A DNA stretch of 64,000 bases from assembly GCA_029941115.1 (NCBI GenBank), contig JAPYRK010000004.1, positions 21,271 through 85,270 on the forward strand, given 5' to 3'. Shown here piece by piece: positions 10,662 to 18,697 of this stretch. The stretch's first letter is position 1, and the number at the start of each line of letters is the position of its first letter. This DNA comes from Dehalococcoidia bacterium (GTDB lineage Bacteria > Chloroflexota > Dehalococcoidia > UBA2979). A program made the translations under genes and the position numbers. Under the pieces are notes generated by a model, which saw only the letters and a list, made by a program, of their open reading frames with translations, made no database searches and was not told the origin of the DNA.

Positions 10662-10982
10662 TCAGGAAAATCTACTAAATAGCTGAGAAAACCAACTGTC
10701 TGTCTTCAGGTCATGAAACAGCGTGATTACACCACCAGAATCTAAAACTACTCTGAAATAACTTCGATAGCATTCCTGATCGTTCCACCAGTTATCAATC
10801 AAGTGCCAGTGATCAATAATTTCAAGAATTGGCTTATTCGAAACCATAGTTGGCCAAGCTGCATGAGCAAAAAAAGATAGACAGTATTCTTCTGATTCAA
10901 TAATTTTTACTGTGATTAAATTACCTTGCCCTAAGTAAGATAGTCCGCGAGTGCGAACTGCTTTTCTGGTAAGCGATGCCAT
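10662..10982 (-). CDS. Stand-alone ORF encoding the ImuB C-terminal domain (split gene or frameshifted fragment)
   Basis: Pattern IDNWWNDQ..YRSYFRVVLDSGGVITLFHDLKTDSWF matches the conserved extreme C-terminus of full-length ImuB as I recall it. Own AAGGAGG (10990-10996) 7 nt upstream of ATG. Overlaps the imuB ORF by 52 nt in the -1 frame. Confidence 0.6.
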   Translation of the reverse strand: MASLTRKAVRTRGLSYLGQGNLITVKIIESEEYCLSFFAHAAWPTMVSNKPILEIIDHWHLIDNWWNDQECYRSYFRVVLDSGGVITLFHDLKTDSWFSQLFSRFS

Positions 10983-12181
10983 CGTGAAACCTCCTTAATT
11001 TGCAACAAAGCTGGATAGCCATAACGCATCCTCAAATGCTCAGCCGTGTCAATCAATTGTTGCTGTCGCTGTCGCGACATCTCGAATAATGAAAGTTGAT
11101 AACCGGTTTGGTTGATGAACTCAAGTAATTCAATTCGTAATAAAGAAATTGGTTCTGCGTATTTAATACGATCAATATGATGTGATATCGTCAACCAAAT
11201 CTGAGTGAGTGAACTAGTTGGTACTTTTAATAATTTCTCAAAAAAATATAATTTGCCCGTATCGGTTTCAAATGCAATCTTTATTCGTACAAGTAGTGAG
11301 TTTTTAACCTTCAATTTCTGAAGTAGTTGTGCCAACAAATTTCGAGTAAATATTTTTAATACTGTTAGATCTGAAATAGGAGATAGTAATTGAATTTCAT
11401 CAAATATTTTTTCATCTTCAAATATATTTGATCGTAAATATTCAGTATCACGATTCTTTCCTGCCAACCAAGCATGCCCACCAATTGAACCAAACTGAGA
11501 TTCAACTGTCGAACGTGAAAGTGCTGTGAATTGACCAACTGTAGTTATTTGTAGTAATAGTAAACGTTCAATAACATCAGGCGGTAAAGGAAGTAATTCT
11601 ATTGGTAACACCGCAAGAAATTTTACCGCTGCTCTTTGTTCAATATAATTCAATACACCAGGTTTACCATAGAAAGCAGCTAATTGAGCCGTTAATCTCT
11701 TATCAGCAATTCCCAAATGTGCCTGTAATAATGGCTTTGCACTTTGATTAATTCTATTTCCCATAATCGTTGATGCCCATGCTTCAGATAGGGAAAAAAT
11801 CTTATCTGCTAATAATTGAACTCCACCAAAATATGTGTCCATTCCTTTAAGATCCATTAATACAAAGCCTGATGAAACTTTCTCTACAACCGGTGAAATT
11901 TCTTGTGCTATTAACGTGAATTTTTCAGACATTGTCTGTGTTAGTACTTTATTAATTTCAATAATTCTCAATTGTGGGTATGTCGCAAAGGCTTGAGTGT
12001 ATGTCTGATGTGGTAAAATACCAAATTGTCGTGCCGAAAAAGTGACGTCGATAATTTCTTCTGTATCAGGGTCACACAAGGCAATAGGAGGAATTATTTC
12101 GTCAATAAAATCTGTGTGTTGTGATAGATTAACGGCTAATTCAAAAGAAGGTATAAACAAACATGCTAGTGCCAATTTCAC
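10931..12181 (-). CDS. imuB: ImuB, catalytically inactive Y-family polymerase-like protein (N-terminal 416 aa)
   Basis: N-terminus MKLALACLFIPSFELAV lacks the Y-family catalytic acidic residues. Canonical beta-clamp motif QLSLF at 11084-11098. GTG start. Position upstream of dnaE2. Confidence 0.8.
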   Translation of the reverse strand: MKLALACLFIPSFELAVNLSQHTDFIDEIIPPIALCDPDTEEIIDVTFSARQFGILPHQTYTQAFATYPQLRIIEINKVLTQTMSEKFTLIAQEISPVVEKVSSGFVLMDLKGMDTYFGGVQLLADKIFSLSEAWASTIMGNRINQSAKPLLQAHLGIADKRLTAQLAAFYGKPGVLNYIEQRAAVKFLAVLPIELLPLPPDVIERLLLLQITTVGQFTALSRSTVESQFGSIGGHAWLAGKNRDTEYLRSNIFEDEKIFDEIQLLSPISDLTVLKIFTRNLLAQLLQKLKVKNSLLVRIKIAFETDTGKLYFFEKLLKVPTSSLTQIWLTISHHIDRIKYAEPISLLRIELLEFINQTGYQLSLFEMSRQRQQQLIDTAEHLRMRYGYPALLQIKEVSRWHRLPEKQFALADYLT

Positions 12182-12198
12182 CCCCCACTAAATCAATA

Positions 12199-12216
12199 AT
12201 AGAACATATGTTCTAT
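12199..12216. promoter_or_regulatory. LexA (SOS) box, GAAC-N4-GTTC (Cheo-type) perfect 18-bp palindrome
   Basis: ATAGAACATATGTTCTAT is a perfect palindrome lying 18-35 nt upstream of the imuB GTG start. Confidence 0.7.
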
Positions 12217-12224
12217 TATCTGTT

Positions 12225-12252
12225 AGTATAAATCAATATTGCAATTATGCAA
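12225..12252 (-). promoter_or_regulatory. Putative sigma70-type promoter of imuB-dnaE2
   Basis: On the minus strand: TTGCAT (12247-12252), 16-nt spacer, TATACT (12225-12230). The LexA box begins about 9 nt downstream of the -10 element. Confidence 0.35.
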
Positions 12253-12328
12253 CTTCTAGCGAATAAACTCGATCCTCAGCTAAAGTCACCATAGTCTGCA
12301 ACTAAACTACAGAAAGAAAACTATCTTT

Positions 12329-13228
12329 ATGAGTAAAAACGAAGCTTCACAAGCATTTTTTAAAAAAGATAAAAATAATTCTTCTATTTATCACCCCACA
12401 CTTAATGCCCGTGGACCATGGGATCCAAATTCATTGCATGGGCGCGTAATCGCAGGGTTAATCGCGTACGAAGTTGAAACAAATTATTCTACTCGAGAAA
12501 ATTTTCAAGATATGCAAATTACCCGTATGACTGTTGATTTATTTCGATTACCACCAATGGCTCCGTTAATAATTCAAAGCAACATCGCACGTTCTGGCAG
12601 ACGAATTCAAGTAATTGATGTACAAGTCAGCACGAATCATGCTGAAAAAGGGATTCTTGAAATAGCGCGTGGAAGTGTTGTTCTGCTTAGGAGAAGTGCG
12701 GAACCGCTGGGTTCTGTATGGTCCACCCCAGTCTGGGATATTCCTGCTCCAGATGAAAACATGGCGATGCCCAACTTAGTTGAGGAGCGGCTTCCTATGT
12801 GGCATACAGTTAATATCGGAGTCACAACTGGACCACTACCAATTTCAGATTCTAAAGTTTCTACTAAAAATTCAAAAAATGTCAATGCGACTGCCAGCGA
12901 TCAACAACAGAAAATTGGTCCAAGACGTGCATGGATTAGAGAGACACATGCATTTGTTGAAAATGAAATTATTAGTCCGATTCTCCGTGTAGCCCAAGTA
13001 GCAGACTTTGCAAATCCTTTCGTGAATTCTGGTACAAGTGGATTAAATTACATTAATGCTGATATATCGCTATATCTACAAAGAAACCCCGTGGGTACTT
13101 GGATAGGAGCCGAAACGTTTTATCACGGCGCTGATGATGGAATATCGATCGCCACAATAGCTTTATATGACAAAATCGGTAAAATCGGAATATCTACTGT
13201 TTGTGGATTAGCTCAAATTCGATCTTAA
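12329..13228 (+). CDS. Acyl-CoA thioesterase-like (double hot-dog) protein
   Basis: 299 aa. N-terminal pattern ..HPTLNARGPWDPNSLHGRVIAGL.. and C-terminal half resemble the TesB-like thioesterase superfamily. Pattern recognition only. Confidence 0.5.
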   Translation: MSKNEASQAFFKKDKNNSSIYHPTLNARGPWDPNSLHGRVIAGLIAYEVETNYSTRENFQDMQITRMTVDLFRLPPMAPLIIQSNIARSGRRIQVIDVQVSTNHAEKGILEIARGSVVLLRRSAEPLGSVWSTPVWDIPAPDENMAMPNLVEERLPMWHTVNIGVTTGPLPISDSKVSTKNSKNVNATASDQQQKIGPRRAWIRETHAFVENEIISPILRVAQVADFANPFVNSGTSGLNYINADISLYLQRNPVGTWIGAETFYHGADDGISIATIALYDKIGKIGISTVCGLAQIRS

Positions 13229-13289
13229 GATAAGCACTAACAATTTCAAAAGTACACTCCTTAAAAAAACTTCTAACGAATCCTGAAAA

Positions 13290-14273
13290 ATGAATAGACT
13301 GAATTCCAATACATTACAAATAGTAATCCCCGGAGATTCACCGACACACATTGGCGGAACAACTCACCTTGATAAATTAAGTGAATATGGAGAAGTCACA
13401 CTATATTCAACACCTCCGCAAAACACTGATGAACAAATTCAACGATGTATAAATGCCGATATTGTACTCAACAGCCGTTCAAGTCTCACATGGCCGAAAT
13501 TAGTACTTCAAGCTTTACCTCGACTGAAACATATATCAACAACTTCTGTCGGTCTGGACAATATAGATATCCCAGAAGCTCATAAATTAGGCATCACCAT
13601 TAGTCATCAAACTGGCAATACTGCGACAATTGTTGCAGAACATGAATTTGCACTCTTGCTATCCGTAGCAAGACAAATTCCCACACAAGATAAATCTATT
13701 CGGAACGGGATATGGGATCCAGGCGAAGGTCAGCATATGTTCCTAAAAGGGAAAACTATCGGAATTATTGGAATGGGAAATACAGGAATTGAAATGGCAA
13801 AATTCGCCAAAGCCTTTGGTATGAATATTATCAGTTGGACGTTCAATCCCCAAAAGAATAGAAACCTACCCGCAGACGTGACATTCCTGGAATTTGACGA
13901 ACTACTTGCAAAATCTGATGTTATTTCACTCCATACAGCCCTATCCAATGAGACAAAATACTTGATCGGGAAAAGAGAGTTCGAATTAATGAAGCCCAGT
14001 GCAATTTTAATTAATGGATCACGGGGAGGAGTTATCGACACCAATGCACTAGTCGACGCATTAAATAGCAAACAACTCTACGGAGCTGGCCTTGATGTTT
14101 TTGAAACTGAACCTCTTCAGTTAGGTCACCCGTTAATGAACTTTGATAACGTCGTACTCACACCGCACGCTGCCGATGCAACACCTGAAGGCCTTGATTA
14201 TCTCAATCGTGATTCGGTGGATCACATAATAAACTTCATTAAAGGCAATCCTGAAGGAATTTACCAACAGTAA
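13290..14273 (+). CDS. D-isomer-specific 2-hydroxyacid dehydrogenase (NAD-binding)
   Basis: GIIGMGNTGIEMA Rossmann motif, SRGGVID, GLDVFETEP, LTPHAA catalytic-His region. Confidence 0.85.
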   Translation: MNRLNSNTLQIVIPGDSPTHIGGTTHLDKLSEYGEVTLYSTPPQNTDEQIQRCINADIVLNSRSSLTWPKLVLQALPRLKHISTTSVGLDNIDIPEAHKLGITISHQTGNTATIVAEHEFALLLSVARQIPTQDKSIRNGIWDPGEGQHMFLKGKTIGIIGMGNTGIEMAKFAKAFGMNIISWTFNPQKNRNLPADVTFLEFDELLAKSDVISLHTALSNETKYLIGKREFELMKPSAILINGSRGGVIDTNALVDALNSKQLYGAGLDVFETEPLQLGHPLMNFDNVVLTPHAADATPEGLDYLNRDSVDHIINFIKGNPEGIYQQ

Positions 14274-14290
14274 AAAGATAAACCAGTTGC

Positions 14291-14461
14291 TTATTTTTTA
14301 GCGGTACTTGTTGCACTCGGGCGAAGAGCCCAACTAGTTTCTGTTATGTTAGAAAATTCTCTCTTCATTCCACAGCTGCACTGTCCAGTAGTCTGTTCAC
14401 CACCAGGCGGTGGAAGTACAAATCTATGTTCATGGTCTACATCAATATTCTTACCACTCAT
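14291..14461 (-). CDS. Possible unannotated small protein (56 aa), hypothetical
   Basis: Hand translation: MSGKNIDVDHEHRFVLPPPGGEQTTGQCSCGMKREFSNITETSWALRPSATSTAKK. G-rich stretch (GGGGGG) 5 nt upstream of ATG. Below the 60-aa cut-off of the ORF track. No family recognised. Confidence 0.2.
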   Translation of the reverse strand: MSGKNIDVDHEHRFVLPPPGGEQTTGQCSCGMKREFSNITETSWALRPSATSTAKK

Positions 14462-14482
14462 AATTACCCCCCCGCAATTATT

Positions 14483-14499
14483 ACCTAAGTAACTTAGGT
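14483..14499. repeat. 17-bp palindrome ACCTAAGT-A-ACTTAGGT
   Basis: Perfect 8-bp arms around one central base, between the LLM gene stop (14547) and the small ORF start (14461). Loop too small for a terminator, so it is more operator-like. Confidence 0.4.
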
Positions 14500-14546
14500 T
14501 AGTTTATCATTTTATTCCAGTTTCTTCACCTATATCCGATATTCAT

Positions 14547-15545
14547 TTACTTACTTGCACCCAACAATTGAAATTCCTCCGCAATCAATTCATAAGAGCG
14601 GATCCGATCAGAAAAATCATATGTAGTAGTTAGCAGAAAAAACTCATCAACTGCATATCGCTCTGCACGGGCCCGGAGTTTCTCACCAACATCTGCAACA
14701 GATCCCAGAACATCCACGGCCTTTAGATAATTAACGTAATCAATCTCCGCATCAGAATATTGAAATATTCTAGCCTCTTCAATTGACGGAATTTTTCCTC
14801 TACGAAATTGCCAACAGTATCGACTCCAAGCAATATTTTCTGCTGACAATCGCGAGTCTGCACAAAGCGCTGACAGTGCCACAGTAGCTTGTGGTTCAGC
14901 ATTAGGTACAGAATCTCGAAAATTATTCCTATATATTTCAAGAATCTCCTCGCCTGACAGTGGATTAAGAAATTCAGCAAAGCAGAAAGGAAGACCGTAT
15001 TTTGCCGCGATGAAAGCACTCTCATTTGATGAACCTAATATCCATATTGCAGGAAAAGTTTCCAGAATTGGTTGCACCAACATTCCATTCGCAGGATCGG
15101 AATATAGTTTTTTTTCGTTAAAGTAGTCAAGTAATTCGCAGATCATTGCTTCGTATGCATCAAGTGGAATAAGTTCACGATCAAACGACAGGCGTGAGGC
15201 GACTTTCTGATGGCCACCAATAGCTCGACCTAGACCTAAATCAATTCGATTTTGGTGTAGAATTTCCAATGTTTGGAATTGTTCTGCCACTTTCATTGGG
15301 GAGTAATGTAACAACATCACTCCACCCGAACCAACTCGAATACTCTGGGTTGATCCTGCAATTGCCGATATCAGTATCTCAGGAGCAGAACAAGCTAATC
15401 CTTGCGAAGCATGATGTTCTGCAACCCAGTAACGCTTATAACCCAATTTCTCAGTCGCCTGAGCAAGCTTCACGCTTTCGTGGATCGCTTCGCTGGCAGT
15501 CCCACCCTCACGAATTGGGGATTGATCAATAACGCTTAGCTGCAT
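14547..15545 (-). CDS. LLM-class (luciferase-like) flavin-dependent oxidoreductase
   Basis: N-terminus MQLSVIDQSP...GYKRYWVAEHH typical of luciferase-family group 1 oxidoreductases. 332 aa. Confidence 0.85.
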   Translation of the reverse strand: MQLSVIDQSPIREGGTASEAIHESVKLAQATEKLGYKRYWVAEHHASQGLACSAPEILISAIAGSTQSIRVGSGGVMLLHYSPMKVAEQFQTLEILHQNRIDLGLGRAIGGHQKVASRLSFDRELIPLDAYEAMICELLDYFNEKKLYSDPANGMLVQPILETFPAIWILGSSNESAFIAAKYGLPFCFAEFLNPLSGEEILEIYRNNFRDSVPNAEPQATVALSALCADSRLSAENIAWSRYCWQFRRGKIPSIEEARIFQYSDAEIDYVNYLKAVDVLGSVADVGEKLRARAERYAVDEFFLLTTTYDFSDRIRSYELIAEEFQLLGASK

Positions 15546-15630
15546 CGAGCACCTTTCTTATCAGCACTCAACAGTATGTCAGATTACTCTTAAGACAGTA
15601 TAAATTAGTCAAAAGAAAAGGTTTGACAGC

Positions 15631-16191
15631 ATGAATCCAAGTCAAGGTTTAAGAAAAATGCGAGAACCTGATGACGATATCCGTGAGGCTCTCGACGAGT
15701 TACCGTATGGGGTTTATGTTATCGGCAGTTCCGATGGGCAAATTCCTAATGCGATGATCGCCGACTGGGTTATGCAAATTTCTTTCAAACCACGACTACT
15801 ACTGATCTCATTTGAGAAAGATTCTTCTTCACTTTCACGTATTCGAAAGCATCGTTTTTTTACGGCAAATCTACTTAATCAAGAGAATAACGGCATGGCG
15901 CTTGCTGCTCAATTTGTACAACCAGCCAATACGGCGAAGATAAAAGGACGACTCGATCAGACTGACTTTATGCCAAAGAACAAACTAGACGGTATCGAGT
16001 ATCGAATTGGAGAGCATGCCATTGCTTGTCCGATATTAGAGAACGCCTTGGCATTCCTTGAGTGTGAAGCTAAGGAATTTATAGATGCTGGGGACCATGT
16101 ACTCGTAATTGGTTCAGTTTTATATGGTGAAGTTCAACAATCTGGAGAGCCGTTAACATCGACATATACAGGTTGGACATACTCAGGTTAA
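15631..16191 (+). CDS. Flavin reductase-like (FMN-binding split-barrel) protein
   Basis: YGVYVIGS...NAMIADWVMQISFKPRLLLISF pattern. Divergent from the LLM gene across an 85-bp spacer (two-component monooxygenase arrangement). Confidence 0.8.
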   Translation: MNPSQGLRKMREPDDDIREALDELPYGVYVIGSSDGQIPNAMIADWVMQISFKPRLLLISFEKDSSSLSRIRKHRFFTANLLNQENNGMALAAQFVQPANTAKIKGRLDQTDFMPKNKLDGIEYRIGEHAIACPILENALAFLECEAKEFIDAGDHVLVIGSVLYGEVQQSGEPLTSTYTGWTYSG

Positions 16192-16206
16192 AACTGAAAT
16201 CAAGGA

Positions 16207-16743
16207 TTAGGTTGAGATTTGTTGCCGTGGCAGGCCGGATAATTCAAAAGAGCGATCAACCAACTCAGTTGCATTTTCAACATCATTATCAATTGTCATG
16301 AACTCACCCTCGGAGCCATGTTTCAGTTTGAAACGACTTGTACCTAAATATTCAATCTGCTCGATACTCGTCAAGTCAACCCACTCTAATGAGTGCAATA
16401 TTTTGCCACGGTGCAGTGAAAGTATCAATTTATCGGTCAATATTATTGAGGTGGCCGTATTTCGCCATGTAACCAAAACAATTGGAAGCATGAATAGCGT
16501 CACACCAAACGCAAAAAGTCCAAAGCCCCATGCTTCACCAATTCCAAAAATTAAGCCCACTACTGTAGAAATAACTGCGATCAAGCAAGGAAGTGCAAAC
16601 GATGCATTCTGCCACCAGCGTGAATCATTTAGGTAGATTGAGTCTATTTGCGAATCCTGACTGATAGTCAGTGAATCTATGAATATTCGGTCTGTGGTGT
16701 GCAAACGATTCAATGTGAGATTATTTAAATCTTTACTTTTCAA
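16207..16743 (-). CDS. Hypothetical membrane protein (2 TM helices + PH-like C-terminal domain)
   Basis: Two adjacent hydrophobic helices (ALPCLIAVISTVVGLIFGI, GFGLFAFGVTLFMLPIVLV) followed by an ~80-aa soluble domain. No family recognised with confidence. Confidence 0.45.
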   Translation of the reverse strand: MKSKDLNNLTLNRLHTTDRIFIDSLTISQDSQIDSIYLNDSRWWQNASFALPCLIAVISTVVGLIFGIGEAWGFGLFAFGVTLFMLPIVLVTWRNTATSIILTDKLILSLHRGKILHSLEWVDLTSIEQIEYLGTSRFKLKHGSEGEFMTIDNDVENATELVDRSFELSGLPRQQIST

Positions 16744-16849
16744 AAAATACTCCGTACCAGTGGAACTTCATCCAAACCCAATCTAGACTGCTAATGTTAT
16801 ACAAGCACTTCGTATGACAAAGAAAACCTAGTTCTGAGGATTATATATC

Positions 16850-18697
16850 TTGAAAATGCCGACAGTAGCCTCACCAGACTATGAACATTCTGTGGCGGCC
16901 GCAGGAAGTTTTTTAGAGAGAAATCCACTGGCTAAATATTTGTGGAAATACAAACATTATTATCTAGTTTCACTCATCGCGTCACTGATAGCAGCTGTTA
17001 TATCTTTACTCGTGACAACATATTTAGTTGAAAAGGCCATTATCTATATAGGTGAAGGGCGATCCATATCTGCACTCGGACAACTAGCCTCTCTCCTTCT
17101 TTTGGCTGGCCTCATTCAATCAGTATTTGGTTGGAGCGGTCGGTGGTTTGGATCGACTGCATCAAGAGAAATTGAATACTACCTCAGGGCTGACTTAACA
17201 AAGCATTTTTTAAATCTCGATCAATCTTTCTTCCTCAAAAATCGCACTGGTGACTTAATGTCTCGTGCGATGAATGATCTTCAAGCTATCAGGGATATGA
17301 TCGGCCCGATAGCATCAGCAATGGGCCGAATGATCATCGTACTTATTGTTGGTTTTCTTGTGCTGCTTACGATGAACGTCCGGTTAGCGATCTTTTCTCT
17401 TGCCTATCTTCCGTTGATAGGAATCGTAATTGCGTTCTTCGAGGTTCGTGTCGAACATCGATTTAATGCAGTACAGGAACAATTATCTATTCTCACTGAT
17501 GCGGCGCAGGAATCAATGTCAGGGGTCAGAGCAGTCAAAGCATACGCCCGCGAAGAATCCGAAATTAGTGCATTCGCATCTCAAAATGAAGAAATGAGAA
17601 AGCGTGCTATGAGCCTAGCTACGTACCAAGCTGCTCTCTGGCCTGTATTCATTGTGCTTGGCATGGGGACGACTTTAATCGCACTCTTTTTTGGAACACC
17701 TGCAGTCATTAATGGAGAACTTACCTCAGGTCAACTAGTTCGATTCATCCTAGTACTAGGAATAATTTCTTGGGACTTAATGATGATCGGCTGGGTTATA
17801 AGTATTATGCAGCTTGGGCTGGTAGCAAATAAGCGAATTACTGAGCTATTCCGACAACTACCCTCAATTGCAGACGGAGATATCAATCTGGAAAATCATA
17901 ACCCGACGGGTAACATAAAATTTAAAGATGTCTCGGTAGTATTCGATGAAGCGGTCGTGTTAGATAAGATTGATTTAGAAATTCCCTTGGGTCAGACCGT
18001 GGCGATTGCTGGGAAAACTGGATCTGGTAAGACAACACTCGTCAATCTCCTACCCAGGATGATTGATGTGACAAGAGGAGCTGTTGAAATCGATGGCATC
18101 GATGTCCGAAAATACAAGCTAAACGTGCTTAGAGAAATGATTGGATTCGTACCCCAAGAGGCGTACCTTTTTTCAGATAGCATCATAAATAATCTAGAAT
18201 ATGGACAAAGTGATCCCACGCGTGAAAACGTGTCAACAGCGTTAAACGTATCCCGACTTTCAAAAGATTTAGAGCAGTTAGATAATAAGTTAGACACACT
18301 TATCGGAGAGCGTGGCGCATCGCTATCGGGCGGGCAGAAGCAAAGAGCTGCCTTGGCGCGTACGGTCTTGAAAAATGCGCCGATCCTAGTGCTGGATGAT
18401 TCTCTCTCACATGTCGACACAAATACTGAAGAAGAAATTCTTGCCGAGCTCAAAACCTATATGAGTGGTAGAACTACCTTGCTCATAGCCCATCGGACTT
18501 CGACACTCAGAACCGCCGACACTATAGTCATGCTTCGAAATGGGAAAATTGTTGAACTGGGTCCCCACAATAAATTAGTTGCAGCAAACGGGCCATACGC
18601 CCAGCTCTACAAGGAACAATTAGCTGTCGAAGCCCTTGGCGTCGATCTCGATCAATTAGAGTTAGACACACCAATTGACGGATCGAAGACCATATGA
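16850..18697 (+). CDS. ABC exporter permease/ATPase, subunit with degenerate Walker B (heterodimer partner A)
   Basis: Six-helix TMD + NBD. Walker A GKTGSGKTT, signature LSGGQKQR, Walker B ILVLDD-S (Asp at 18398-18400 where the catalytic Glu is expected). TTG start (ATG at 16856 is an alternative). Confidence 0.9.
   Translation: MKMPTVASPDYEHSVAAAGSFLERNPLAKYLWKYKHYYLVSLIASLIAAVISLLVTTYLVEKAIIYIGEGRSISALGQLASLLLLAGLIQSVFGWSGRWFGSTASREIEYYLRADLTKHFLNLDQSFFLKNRTGDLMSRAMNDLQAIRDMIGPIASAMGRMIIVLIVGFLVLLTMNVRLAIFSLAYLPLIGIVIAFFEVRVEHRFNAVQEQLSILTDAAQESMSGVRAVKAYAREESEISAFASQNEEMRKRAMSLATYQAALWPVFIVLGMGTTLIALFFGTPAVINGELTSGQLVRFILVLGIISWDLMMIGWVISIMQLGLVANKRITELFRQLPSIADGDINLENHNPTGNIKFKDVSVVFDEAVVLDKIDLEIPLGQTVAIAGKTGSGKTTLVNLLPRMIDVTRGAVEIDGIDVRKYKLNVLREMIGFVPQEAYLFSDSIINNLEYGQSDPTRENVSTALNVSRLSKDLEQLDNKLDTLIGERGASLSGGQKQRAALARTVLKNAPILVLDDSLSHVDTNTEEEILAELKTYMSGRTTLLIAHRTSTLRTADTIVMLRNGKIVELGPHNKLVAANGPYAQLYKEQLAVEALGVDLDQLELDTPIDGSKTI

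Noticed and set aside
10933-10997. Possible programmed -1 ribosomal frameshift joining the two ImuB ORFs
   Set aside because: No X-XXY-YYZ slippery heptamer is visible in the only interval where a shift could occur. The downstream ORF has its own AAGGAGG-N7-ATG, so reinitiation or a mutation is more parsimonious.
14481-14491. The 11-mer TACCTAAGTAA is shared between the 14.4-kb palindrome region and the crotonase/P450 divergent spacer (21362-21372)
   Set aside because: A single shared 11-mer among about 3 kb of AT-rich spacers is within chance expectation. The second copy is not palindromic.
14274-14546. Checked the largest spacer for a tRNA, other structured RNA or an intrinsic terminator
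   Set aside because: No cloverleaf-compatible stems and no GC-rich hairpin followed by a T-run. The T-run at 14294-14299 is not preceded by a stem.
17992-18453. 153-aa antisense ORF inside the first ABC exporter gene; similar cases at 37758-38201, 54696-55181, 45166-45570 and 2965-3291
   Set aside because: Each is opposite a CDS with strong family motifs. They are Ser/Arg/Pro-rich shadow ORFs typical of antisense frames, with no start-site signals.
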